A model generated the notes under the pieces. It was not told the DNA's origin. It did not search any database and saw only the letters and a program-made list of their open reading frames with translations. Made by a program: the position numbers and the translations under genes. Below, one piece after another: positions 51,701-64,000 of a stretch of DNA of 64,000 nt (positions are counted from its first letter, which is position 1; each line of letters starts with the position of its first letter). The stretch comes from Dipteris shenzhenensis. Its lineage: Eukaryota. The stretch is taken from the NCBI GenBank assembly GCA_047967505.1, contig CM106538.1. One strand, 5' to 3'.

Positions 51701-52749
51701 CACTTGATTGGCTACAACTGGTCTACGTAAAGCCGAACGTGATGGAGAGACAATAAACGAGTGCGAGCGAGAGTTATCATCTGGATGTATGGTGCATGTA
51801 AGTTTCTTACCTCTTGACGTAATTAAGTAATTATTTGTGGCAATATATGCTATAAAATAGGTGCATCTTCATTGTTTTAATGATGCTCTTTTACAGTACA
51901 AAAAGTACAGTGCATTATGGTCATATGGACGACATTTTCACATGGAATGCATCGATTCAAAGAGAGTCACGTATGATTGTGGAGTCATGGCTAACTTCAC
52001 ACAAGATAGCTGAGCAAGTGCTTCGGATACCAATCTTCTCTCCTCACAGTTGGATTCTTGTGGAACCATACGCGACATCTATGAAATTGATTTACAATTT
52101 ACTATTTTCATTCTTGATGTAAAATGGTTTAGAACTACTTACAACGATCCCCATGCAACAGTGAGAAAAGATAGTAGCAGTCTCTTTGCAATAGACTCCA
52201 CCAAACATTGGACCAATGAAAGTGATACTTTTGTTCTTCCCGAGCACTGTGAGCAGGTGCATACTAATGATTTAATTAGTCGAAGCTTTCGTTTTTAAAG
52301 TCCATTGATATATATATAATTGACGACATTTGGCACCCATCTTCAATATAGGTGGTTTTTCATCCGGATCGTTCTAATCCAAGATGGTGGTATGTGATCC
52401 AAGTTGCACCACGAAGTAAGAAAATTTTTGAAGATCGAGATGTGGATATGGAGATGCCACTACCAATGCCGGATCCAATTGATGAATCTAGCGAAGAAGA
52501 TGTAGATCACCATATGAGCCAAGAGGAAGATGCGCATAATGACATCGCACGAGAGGAGGATGGAGATCACGATATTGAGGAAGAAGACAACAATCATCAA
52601 GATCAATCACCACAATCAATCACCACACTTAAGCTTTATTGAAGAAAATGATCAAATACTTTTAGGTGAACGTACGATGCTAGAGTACGATGATGATATA
52701 GGAGATCAACTCGGTATAGAGTTGGAGATAGACTTGCTTACGCCTTAGA
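48735..52749 (+). pseudogene. CACTA TnpD transposase (transposase-associated domain, Transposase_21 core, DUF4218- and DUF4216-like regions); multi-exon, several stops
   Basis: RLYCHCTHC; IHACRNDC..CPKCG; DGVNPF..STWP; LVPG..NMDVYMAPLIEEL; TMHDYPG; LLDPMHIFKNV; GLKSHDWH; RARPEASMAEG; GT-AG introns. Confidence 0.95.
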
Positions 52750-53128
52750 CTTGGCTCAAGATGAAACAGTTGATGTAAATGCTCTTATTTGATTTTTCTC
52801 ATCTCAAACTTGGACATGAATATATGAGCTTCAAAGGCTTGATGTACATGCTCTCATTTTTTTATTCTCTATGAGCTCAAACATGTATGAAAATTTAAAA
52901 AAATTTATCATTGGAAAAAACTAACTTTTAAGGCCTATTAAAAAAAAAAACCTCTCTGTAAAAACGTCGCTATAATATTTTGTATCAGTGTCGCTATATA
53001 GCGACTTTCAGCAACAGTCGCTATATAGCGATGATTTATGGAACCCGCTTTTCATACCGACGATTAACTCTAAGCGGGCGCTAAACGTCGGTACGTAAAC
53101 ATCGCAATAGGATCCGTGTGTAGTAGTG

Positions 53129-54155
53129 ACTGATCAATATCAAATACACCAATCGGCGAACCCCTACACCGGGCGGTGTAATAGGATTATACCAGTCGGT
53201 GTAGTGTTACACTAGTCGGTGTAGTCAATTGGGACACGTGGTGCACATGCGTTGGCTGAATACACCGATTGGTGTTTTGAGTTGGGTCTTTAAAAGGTGA
53301 GGTTCCCGGCATTTTTTTCACTTTCACCAGAATCTTCCGCTATTTTTTGTTGTTTTTTGCTATTTCCCACTGTTTTCCGTTGCTTCTCGCCTTTCACTTC
53401 TGGCGAGCTTTTAGTTCTGGTTTGTTTTCCGTTAGGGCCGGTGATGGCTCCCCTCAGCCAGCTTGATTCACCTCATAGGAATATGTGATATGTTTATGTT
53501 TGCCTACTTTTGCATGTGTGCATGTATGATGTGTATCACTTGGGATCGGATAATGACTCGCGGTCGGATGATGACTCGCAGTCGGATGATGACTCGCAAT
53601 AAGCAGATGATGACTCACTTCAGCCAGTTCGATTCATCTCGCCTTGAATGATGTTCTATTAGGTATCATGATGATGGATTGCTTCGGCCGGCTGGATGGA
53701 CCTCGTCCCAGCTAAGAGAGGGAAAGAGAGAGAGGGCAAGCAAGAGAGGAATATGTGTGATGCTAATGTATGCTTGCTTCTATGTGAGTGCATGTATGAT
53801 GTCTATCACTTGGGTCTGGATCATGACTTGCTAATTCAGTAGGTTGGATTCATCTCGCCTCGAGTGATGTTCTATTAGGTAGTAACGTGATCAAGGCCGG
53901 GTGACAGTTCGCTTCGGCCGGCTAGATTCACCTTGTTTTGGTCTACTATCATATATTCATATATATTGTACATAGATGTTAATAGAGTTGGTTATTGTCT
54001 AGATGATAGCTTGCTTTGGCCGGTAGATTCATCTCGATGCTGACCTTTCCAACAACCTCAAGATGTGTGATCACACAATGCTGATCTAGATCATCTTGGT
54101 TCATTGAATCATGATTGCTATTATATGTTTTCCTGTTTCATCTTTTAAAGCCTAT
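53129..54155 (+). mobile_element. Copy B of the unclassified repeat (continues 41542-41769), split by CACTA copy 2
   Basis: For example, CTCAAGATGTGTGATCACACAATG at ~54057 is the reverse complement of ~25568-25591. Confidence 0.7.
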
Positions 54156-54664
54156 CCTCCTTTGATAGGGTTTCTTGGACCAATTACAGCTTACCTACAT
54201 TTTGCTTGCACCTCGATCATTTGTATGAGCTATGCTATTGCTTGTAGGGTCCATGTCATAGTTATCTATTAGAAATTCATGTTAGATTAGGTGCGTAGAT
54301 ATTGATTTCATTTCTAAATAAATGTCTTTGTATGTACAATTTGTTTTTTTGCTTCCATCGTATCACAGCAAAGATTGTTGTGTTGTTTACGTGATTTTTT
54401 TGCTTTTGTTTTTGTAATGATTGTTGAGTGTTAATGTAATGCATTATGATTGGGCCTAGATGTGTGAATTACTTAATTGCTTCTGCATTGGTTTTCGTAT
54501 GTGCACGTTGTCATGGTAGCAGAACCGAGGGAGTGCTTACGTAATGATTGTTGTGTGAATTAGTTCTATACCTCTGCTTTCCTTATGCCAGCCACCCCTT
54601 CAAAGAGAGAGAGAGAGAGACACTTGGACAATCTATTGAGAGAGAAGAAGAAGAGAGAATAGAC

Positions 54665-54965
54665 TGTTGAGATATCAAGCTCTACCCCCGATATATCTCC
54701 TGGATGACTATCATTTATGTCATCGCCTATGTTAGTTGTACTCGTGGTGTAGTTAGACTACCACGTATGTTTTTGGTTTGGGTTCACATATGAACCACGT
54801 ATTCTAGGTTTTGACATATAGGGTATTTCCCTCTTCTATTGTATTGTTGTTGTTGTGTGCAAAAGTGAAGAAAGGCTTCACCCTCCAACCTTGTGTTCTC
54901 TCTCTTTTGTGTGTTGTGAAGAAAGCTGAACTTGAGTCTCCTATCTCTCTCCCTCTTTCTTTACA
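54665..54965 (+). mobile_element. Solo LTR (copia-like) with 5-bp TSD
   Basis: TGTTGAGA...TTTACA flanked by TAGAC/TAGAC. Its termini resemble the LTR at 55122. It sits inside an older minus-strand LTR whose PPT is at 55073-55083. Confidence 0.9.
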
Positions 54966-55121
54966 TAGACACACCAAATAGACTCCCAAAGACTGATTCA
55001 TATTGATCACTAGTTACACATATATAGGTGAGACATAGTTCAAGTTATTGCGAGCAATATATAGCTCTAACACCCCCACTCAATTAAAGGTCTCTAGCTA
55101 TGGATGAAAAAACCCTTAGGG

Positions 55122-58100
55122 TGTTGAGATATCGAGCTCCACTCGTGATATGCCAGGGTGACCATTGTGCATTTATGTTACCGACTTGTTAGCTGCAGAT
55201 GCGCTTGGTACACCGCCCATGAATAATAGCTAGATGACAGCTATCTTTATGTACTCTAGTTAGTGGCTTAGTTAGTATGCCACCTAGGTTAGCTGAGTTT
55301 GGTTTGAGACCCACATATAGGGTTCACCTATTCCTTTTGTACTTAGAGAGAGTTCTTTTGGCTTACACAACTAAGAAGAGGAAAACTGTTTTCAGCCTCC
55401 ACCTTTGTGTGTATTCCCCCATTGTGTATGTGAGAAAGCTGCAAGTGAGACTCCTTACTTCTCTCCCGCTCTCTTTACATGGTATTAGAACTCGGTTCAT
55501 GGTAATGAGCTCAAGAAAGCAAACCAAGTTCACAGTGTCTTGGTAAGAGGATCAGTGTTGCTGTCCTTTTTCAAGTTTAGGAGCAAATCTCTATAGGTAG
55601 CACAGCCAAAAAGTGGAAGAGTGCACTGTCTCAGATTGAGACAGCCTTCGCAATGTGACGAGAGGGCAGTATATGCTGCGGGCGAGGGCAACGCCCTCGG
55701 TGACATTGTTTTTTTTATTTGAGCCATTTTGGGACCCGTTTTAGTGGCGAAAGTTTTCCACAGGCACTCAGAAAAGTACCCTATTTTTGCTGTGCGACCA
55801 TTGTTCTACAAGTTAGTGAAAATTTGTGCAAAAATTGCATCGTATGCTTGTGCACAAAGATACTGGGGGTGACAAAATCATTCTTGTTGCTTGTTGATGA
55901 AAAATCGTCACTAGAAAGTGACTGTGTCATCACTAGAAAGTGACTATGTGGCCAAATACCACTTTCGTCAGTTTTGCAGATTTGCCCTTGTGAGGCAGAA
56001 GTTGTGTTTTTTGCAGTGTTCTGTAATGGCATCTGATGCTCTTTCATAGATAGCCACTGAAAAGTTTGACAAGAACAACTTCCAAGCATGGAAGTCTAGA
56101 ATGACGAATTGCCTTAAGGGAAAAGACTATTGGGATTTCATTACTAGAGTTGAATAAAAACCAGTTATTCCTAATGTTCCCAATCAACAGGAGTTGCGGG
56201 CATTTAAAGGATGGCATGAGAGAGCGAGAAGAGTTATTTACTGGTTGTCTATCAGTATTTCAAATTCTATGATTATGCATATTCAGGATGCAAGCACGCC
56301 GAAGGAGGCGTGGGATACTTTGACAAAAATGTATAGCACAAATATGCAAGCCAGGAAATTGCTGCTCAAGCGGGAGTTGCATAATGTGCAGAGAGAAAAT
56401 ATGAGCATCAATGACTACCACATGAAGGTGAAGAAGATTGCAGATGCACTTGCTTCCATTGGGTCGCCAGTGGAAGATGATGATTTAGTTTCTGTGACCT
56501 TGAGTGGTCTAGGAAAGGGTTATGCACAATTCCGGACATCCATTGCCGTGTGTGAAAAATTTCTTGATTTTGAGGAGTTGATTCCTCTTCTAATTTCTAA
56601 AGAGTAGAGAAATGGTGGTTCATCTTCTTCAGGAGGAACTTCAAAAGAAGTTGTCTTCTACTCAAATGTTGGAAGAGGTAGAGCAGGCCGATCTGGAGGC
56701 CATGGCACAAATCAAAATATGTAGCAAATTCAAGAAAACCAGTCCTATGGAGGAGGACATGGTAACTTTAGAGGTAGGGGGAGCCAAAGAGGTCATGGTG
56801 GCTGGCAGAGAGGCCAAAATGCAAACAGCAATGTTGAATGCTACTTCTGTGGTAAAATGGCTCATATGGTGAAAGACTACTATAAAAACCAGAATGACAT
56901 CATGATCGGAAAATTGCAGTAAGGCAATTATGAATCCTCTAGTAGACAGGGTGATGATAGAAGTGAGCATCTTTTTATGGTGCAGCACATGACCAATTTT
57001 GTTACAAGTGCAGAAGATGGTATGTTGACTCAGGTGCGTCAAACCACATGACACATCATGCAAAATGGATGCAGGATGCAAGGAAAATGGAAAGACTAGG
57101 ATTTGTGGAGATTGGTGATGATACTATACATCCTATTGTGCAGATTGGTAAAATTTTTTTGTCTATGCAGGATGGGAAAAAGAAAGACCCGTCTGATCTA
57201 TTTCATGTCCCGAATATCACCAAGAACCTGGTTTTTGTTGGTCAAATGGTTGAGCAGGGCTTGTAGGTCAGATTTAATCCTCATGGATGCTTTGTTGAGG
57301 ATATGAAAAATAAAGGTCGCTTGATAGCAAAAGGGAAGAAGAAGGGCAGGATGTTTATGTTGGATGTGGACATGCCTGAATTGAGTGCAGTAATGTTTGC
57401 ACATGGGACCGATGTAGTTGCATATACTGATATCTGGCATAAACGCATTGGTCATGTTAATGTACAATGACTTAAATTAATGCAGGCCCAAAATATTATT
57501 ATAGGATTGCCTAAGTTCAAGGTTGTAGAAATATAGAAGGTGTGTGAAGCCTGTCAATTTGCAAAACAAGCAAGGAAACCATTTCCTAGACATGTTCAAG
57601 GGAGTAAGAGGCCATTGGAATTAATCCACTCTGATGTGTGGACTACTAAAGCTGCATTTATAGGAGGCTATCATTATTTTGTCACTTTTATTGATGACTA
57701 AAGCAGAAAAGTTTGGGTGTATTTTATGAAAAAGAAAAGTGAAGTGTTTGGGCATTTCAAACCTTTTAAAGCTATGGTTGAAAAAGAAACAGGCTTGCAA
57801 ATAAAATGCCTAAGGTCAGATGGAGGGGGCTCGAGTACCTCTCAAATGAGTTTGCAAGGTTCCTGCAGGAGCATGGCATAAAGCAATAATATTCATGCAG
57901 TCATACCCCATAGCAAAATGGACTTGTAGAAAGGAAAAATAGGCATATATATTGGAGAGGTATCTCATGCTATGCTCAACAAAAAAGACCTACCAGATTA
58001 TTATTGGGTTGAAGCAGTTGCTACAGCAATCTACATAATGAACATGACTCCCATTGTAACAATACATGGCATGATGCCAGAGAAGAGGTATACTGGTAGG

Positions 58101-58285
58101 AAACCAGATATTTCTCATTTGAATATTTTTGGTTGCATTGCCTATGTTCATGTGCCAGATGAGTTGAGATCCAAGTTGATTCCAAAAGCTGAGAAGTGCA
58201 TCTTTATTGGTTATTCTTTGCAGCAGAAAGGCTATAGATGCTATAAGGCTTCTACTCGTAAGTTTACAATGAGCAGAGATGTTCT
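55122..58285 (+). mobile_element. 3'-truncated Ty1/copia element: 5' LTR 55122-55479, Met-type PBS at 55480, gag-protease-integrase from ~56027; RT and RNase H absent
   Basis: TG..CA LTR followed by TGGTATTAGAAC; EKFDKNNFQAWK; CYFCGKMAH; DSGASNHMT; WHKRIGHVN; IHSDVW; LRSDGGG; KCIFIGYS..KGYRCY; ends after SRDV. Confidence 0.92.
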
Positions 58286-58839
58286 GCATCAACCTCAAGC
58301 TTGACTCCCTCACACAAGCCCTTCTTCAGCAGTTGCCTCTATTGCTCCAAGTGAGAACCGGCTCCTTGAAAGCGACACAACTCCCTCTCCTTAGGCTAGC
58401 CAATGGACTGCATTTTCACCATAGCTCTAGTTGATGCAGCCGCACAAATGCTAACCTTCTCAATATAGCACCAGTGGGCAGCAACGATCTCCAACACATA
58501 GGCTGATCTTCCACAAAACTACGAGCAGCTTCTGGCATCTTCAGGAGCTTCAGATCTGCAAGAGCGTGCCTCTTTCCAAAGCAGCTCCCATGACCTACAG
58601 TGACTCTAGACAGTCACATTAGAGCTCCAGCATCATCTTCGAGCAACATCTCCTTCTGTCACTCTAATTCAAAGAATGCAGAAGTCTGTAAATGTTTACT
58701 CAATGTTAGGCTGTAGGATTCTAAGCTTGTTCAATGTCTTACAGGTATTCTAAGCTGTACGATTAGTGATCTGACTTCTTTGTTGCTTTGAAAAGAGGGG
58801 AAAAGAGAAAGAAAAGGGGAAAAGAGAGGTGAGAATCAT

Positions 58840-60045
58840 CATTATTTGAAGCCTATGTATGTTTGAATTGTGATAGGTTGCTCCAAAAGATGTTGCCTGC
58901 ACCAAATACCATGCCAACATCAAGAGAGAAGCGAAGAAGATGCTAACAACAGTGGGTATGGATTATGATACCATCCATGCTTGTCGTAATGACTGTATTC
59001 TTTTTCATCGTGAGCATGGAGATTTGGTTAGTTGTCCGAAGTGTGGGAAATAACGATATAGAGATGACTTGCAGGGTGAGCAGATATCGGTAAAGGTCTT
59101 GAGACACTTTCCCATCATTGCAAGAATATAGCACATGTTCCGATGCAAATCCATAGCGGAGATGATGACTTGGCATGCATCTCATCGGTCCACTGATGAC
59201 ACATTGAGGATTCCCGTAGATTGTGCAGCTTGGAAGCACATAGACAATCAATGGCCGGGACTTTGTGAGGGAGCCATTCAACTTATATCTTGGGCTTGCC
59301 ATGGAGGCGTGAATCCTTTTGGGTTATGCTCGACATCTTGGTCGACATGGCCCATAGTCTTGGTGAATTACAATATCCCACCATGGCTAACAATAAAGAA
59401 TGGACACCTCATGCTTGCACTACTTGTGCCAGGAAAGTACAAGGCCAAAAATATGGACGTGTACATGGCACCTTTGATAGAGGAGTTACAGATCTTATGG
59501 AGAGGAGTGTGGGTCTTTGATATTTCTAGAGCTCCTAGACATACCAATGATCTTTTGGTTAGGGGTATCTTGATGTGGACCATGCATGATTACCCAGGAT
59601 ATGGAGAGTGCGTAGGTACATGGTTGTGTCTTTACATGTATAATATAGCATTATGCTTGGATGACTCTCTTTTTCATGCATGTCTTATACTAACACATTC
59701 ATGCACGCGTGCAGGACTTGTTACAAGTGGGTACCATGCTTGTCCTATTTGTGGACCGGGTTTGAAATCACTTGCATGATACTCCAAACATATGACGAAA
59801 AATGTTTATGAAGGTCATGCTCGATACCTTCTGCTGGGCCATCTTGCACGTGGACGTCAGCTTGATCCACCACCACCATATTTGAAGGCAAGTGATTGGA
59901 TTCAGGCTTGGAGGGCGAATGGAGAGGAACCTCCTCATGGTATGAAGAGGCTATCGACCTTTCATGAGCTTCCTTATTGGGGTCAGTTACAAATCAATCA
60001 TCTCTTGGATCCCATGCATATCTTTAAGAATGTGGGGGTTACTAT
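58840..60045 (+). pseudogene. TnpD core fragment of the same CACTA family (matches ~49350-50555)
   Basis: WHASHRSTDDTLRIP, GVNPF..STWP, TMHDYPG, LLDPMHIFKNV. Confidence 0.9.
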
Positions 60046-60965
60046 TCTATATCTTGCCTCTCCACAAGTAGGATACTCTCTTGCATCCTTATGTGATCCA
60101 TGAAACAAAATGCAATCATTGATGCATGCATGGATGCGCTTGTAATCTAATACTCCAAGAGAGGTCACATGTTGCCTTGCCATATCTCTTGAGGTTGGTA
60201 ATTTATTCTCCCTTGGAAGCATTTTACACAATAGCCTACACGTGAAGACCACAAATGAGAAAAAGCATTCGAGTAATTGACCCACTAGCATAATTCACCA
60301 TGTTTGCAAAATAGACTTTAAAGCTTACTTGAGTAATGCATTAAAACTTGCATTTCTCCATCCATAATTGGTCTGCAAGTTTAGTAACTCAAGGGAGGCA
60401 TGTAGAACAGAGCATGTGCATCCCTCAAATAGTGGAGTCGATGCTGTAGTAAAAAGATTGTCCTACTCCATGCTATTATCCCTACTTAAGGACTAATGGA
60501 CATATAAATCCCGCACCATATCATCAAACACCTCCTCCTGCACGGCCTCATGAGGTAATGGCAGAGGGCTACTATCACCATCACTCCATGCATCCGTAAC
60601 GGTTTCTCCTGAAGATCCCACTTCATATCGCCGATGTTTCGTCTCCTCACGATGACTCACGAGCATAGGGAAGCATATGTGGGTGTGGCACTACATCCTG
60701 TATCAAATTAACAAAAGAGTTTATATCAAACACATGAACAACCATAGGTATCTCAATCAACCTTAACTCTAACACTTACCATGTTTACGGTCGCATCCCA
60801 TTCTTCATACTTTGAGACATGATTGAGTGTAATTATGCATGCACGATACATGTTTCCTCGACATCGATCACACATACATTTGATTTTTTGCTCCAACCAC
60901 ATCTCGCGATGGTGGATATAGAGGGATTCATCCTCACTGGAGCTACTTGTTGAAGATGAAGACAT
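60046..60965 (-). pseudogene. 5' part of TnpD from a second, divergent CACTA family
   Basis: Exon 1 MSSSST..KIKCMCDRC..NHVSKY, then LLCKMLPRENKLP..LDYKRIHACINDCILF..PTCGEARYR. Intron layout is similar to family 1. Confidence 0.85.
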
Positions 60966-63867
60966 CCTACAGATAAACAACCCAAAAAATTGTGTTCTTG
61001 CATGAGTTGTAAATGTCAAAACTCTGTGTAGCATCTAAAAGTGCATCTAACACCATGTATGTACTGTGGAATGTGTCTATAGGCACGTCTAAAACACAGT
61101 TTAGATGTGCTCATAGACATGCTTTTAGACGTTGGATGGACAAAAGTAGTAGAGCCCAATCCACCTTCACAGCCAACCTCATCCACATTTAAAACAACCA
61201 AACAACACAATCACAAGGTAAAAGGCATTCATTCAACATCCTTGTCTCTACACCCCTCTACATTTAGCACACACACTAGCCACATTTCCTCTGGAAGCCT
61301 AACAACCTCAAAAGGAAACCCAATGGACTACACAGCCCAACACAAGCCCCTACGAACTGAGCTCGAGGTCAAGCTCACAAAGCACACAAAGACACATGAA
61401 ACATAAATTCATCTCTGCAAGCATACTCCACAAGTGCAATTATTCACTATGCTCAACCACTGAAGGTCTTCACCCATCTCATATACAAGTTATTTGCTAT
61501 CCATGAGCTCTCATCAAAATTCTTTGAGTCCGAAGTAAATCAAGCTCTCCTACAAAAGCTTGCTATCCTTTGAGTTCATCACAACTAGGATTTCATCTTC
61601 TTCCCTTCCTTCACGTTTATCCACTAAATTACCAACCACCTATTGGCAATACTATCTATACCAATCACAAGCTTCCAGAGGGATTCATGGAAGTTTGTGA
61701 TGTGCTAAGCTTTTGTATCATAGCTTGCCATCCCTCTTCACACTATGATAATCCTTCATAGCTGCTCCAAGCTTAGTGTAGTAGAAATGCCCATATCCAA
61801 AAGTGCCCTATAAAGGCAACAATCCACATCCATATTGTATGGTTTGACCAGCACATGACTGCTCGTCATCATCCTCGTAGTGTGTGCATGATGTTCAACT
61901 AGCTTGCACTACTTCACTCCTCTCACAAAGCATCTAGAGCCATGGTCCTCCAGCCTTCTACAGAGAGGTCACCCATTCCCACAAACTCTCATATCACAGC
62001 CGTGCTAATGGACTCGCCATCACCTACCTATCCTATACAGAGAAGTATCACCACCAACAGCCCATAGCTTATATTCTTGCTTCAGTGCTCCCATCACCTC
62101 TGGTCCATGTAGAAAAGTCACCTCTCAAGATCTCTCTTCCTCGTAATTCTCCTACAAGCCCACGTCTGCCTAGTTAGTAGTCGCAATCCCTTGTTCTCAG
62201 AGCTCACGAAGCTCCCATCTCGTCTAAGGTGATTCCACCCGCAATCAAGATCCACACACCAACCAAAGTTCCCCGTCCCTGAGCTCGCATATCACCCCCA
62301 CTTATGGCTCTCCTCCTCCTTGCCATTTCCAAGGTCCTTTGGCTCCTCAGCTGCCACCGACTTCTCCAGTAAAACCTCCTATTGCTCAAGATACTCCCTG
62401 CTTCTCCTACTGATGGTGCACCTCTTAGCGACCCCCAACTCTTGGATAAGCAACCATTTGTCCCTCACTCCTTCCTTCTTAGAGATCCCCAGTCTCTTAT
62501 CGCCCACTATCCTCCCTGCACTCCATCGTATCTGTCCTCTAGCTACAGTCTCGCGATGTGCGCTCCACTCTCCAGCCACCTAAGGCAATAGCTCCATCAT
62601 CCTCACCCTTCTCATATACACCTACAATTTGCAATCCTTCCTCTTGGTCCTGCCTTCTGCCTAGTTGTGTTTCCCAACCCAGTAGCCCTCCACGAGCTCC
62701 CCTACTTCTATCAAGAAGAGTCCCCCTGTCTCCTTATCCTTGTGCAATCCTTCTCTATTCATAGAGCTCCTTCCTGTGGTCGTTTAGCTCATATATTAGT
62801 GACCCCCAGGAGCCTCCTGCAATCTTATCAAGTCGCATCGAATCCTCTTCCCTCCAAAAGCCACCATGGACCTCCCCTTTCAGCAACCATCACGTTCCCC
62901 AGTTCCCAGCTACCACCTCACCTTTAGAAGTTTGTCCTTCAACCTCACGTAGCCACAATTTATGCATGCCTTTTTTATTATAGCCATGTCATCACCTTAT
63001 TTTCCACCACTCTTCCACCCTTCAAACTTTATACCAAGGCCCTTATTGCTCAAATCATTGACTATGTGCACACAAATGCATGCCACCAACATTTAGTGCC
63101 ATATTGCCCATACTACCACATATGGTGAACACCATCCTGACACAATGGATTTACAAGACAACCACGACAGAAAAATGCTCATGCCCTCATACAAAAAGCA
63201 CTCGGGACAACCATGAAAGCACATGTCATCCCTCAACAAAACACCATCACACTTTGGATGCCATGCTCTGGATTAGCCTGCTGCAACCTACACTGCATTT
63301 AATTATCTCCCAGGAGTCCTTGGAGAAGCATCTGCCATCTCAAGAAAGTATATCATCAATGTGGAGTCTTTCATGAGAGTGTCCATGGCTCATTTCCACT
63401 ACCAACTAGCTATGTACATAGCTATGCACTCACCTAGCAACATGCAACAAGTGAAAAACATTTTTTCATTTTTATCCACACAACGTGCTTTTAGACACAC
63501 AGACTATGAGCTGATTTTCGAGCCTACTTTTAGCACACTTGCTTTTCTCCACATTCTTTTAGTGTTGCGGCTTGCTTTCCTATTAACAAACACAACTCTA
63601 GGCATCCACACTCATCTCCAGGCTTACATTGTCATCCCCAAGCATACAAGAGAAGAGGGTGAACAAGGAAGAGAAGAAGGAGAAATAGCTTTGAAGAAGA
63701 ACAAGAAGCTTCCATAACTCTATCCAAGGTAAGTCTCTTGGCGGTTCGTCTTCTTTGGAAGTTGCTCTCCTTGGATTCGTCTTTTATCGTATGCAAGGAA
63801 GGGATGCTTTTGATACTAGTGTTGTTCCTTTTGGGGTCGGGCACATTCCTTTTTAGCTTCTTTTAAA

Positions 63868-63980
63868 AGGCGTCTATTGCAGCACGTCTATAGATGCGTC
63901 TAATAGTGCATAGAATTTTTGGAGAAATAGGAAGCCACGCCTGTAGATGCACTCTTAGATGCATCTATAGATGCGCTATG
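63868..63980. repeat. Cluster of GCATCTA/TAGATGC half-sites, including the palindrome GCATCTATAGATGC; probably subterminal or internal motifs of a CACTA element
   Basis: Several copies here; weaker copies at 61030-61130, upstream of the second-family TnpD. Confidence 0.5.
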
Positions 63981-64000
63981 ATAGTTTTCTTATGTTTTCT

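Larger units (their letters stand above)
41770..53128. mobile_element. CACTA (En/Spm) element, copy 2: structurally complete (11.36 kb), genes pseudogenised
   Basis: CACTACAAGGCATAGGCC...GGATCCGTGTGTAGTAGTG with exact TSD ACT/ACT. The flanks rejoin into one repeat homologous to 25490-26600. Confidence 0.95.

Noticed and set aside
61150-63850. Short ORFs that could be ORF2 of the second CACTA family or a retroelement remnant
   Set aside because: No recognisable motif in any frame.

Overview
A eukaryotic, almost certainly land-plant (possibly non-flowering, by inference), heterochromatic window made nearly entirely of nested, decayed transposons. No intact host gene is supported. Main contents: a minus-strand Tat/Ogre-like Ty3/gypsy element with a second, archaeal-type RNase H (about 2.2-9.3 kb); several Ty1/copia remnants and LTRs; and three related CACTA (En/Spm) elements (10061-29486 with TSD CCT, 41770-53128 with TSD ACT, and a deleted copy ending at 33292), plus TnpD fragments of two families at 58.8-61 kb. 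This CACTA family looks atypical: its TnpA-like and TnpD genes are head-to-head, its two ends are strongly asymmetric, a 16-bp palindrome clusters at both ends and between the genes, and a hairpin-rich microsatellite has expanded differently in each copy. In the first CACTA copy the TnpD core is replaced by about 11.6 kb of foreign DNA. That DNA holds a ~25-copy, 182-bp satellite with dyad symmetry and higher-order structure, directly followed by a ~1150-codon Sola/DUF7869-like DDD transposase pseudogene with En/Spm-like N-terminal domains. A MITE family with CTCG...GAG ends and 8-bp TSDs occurs four times, once inside that transposase. All protein-family assignments come from recalled motifs, not database searches.
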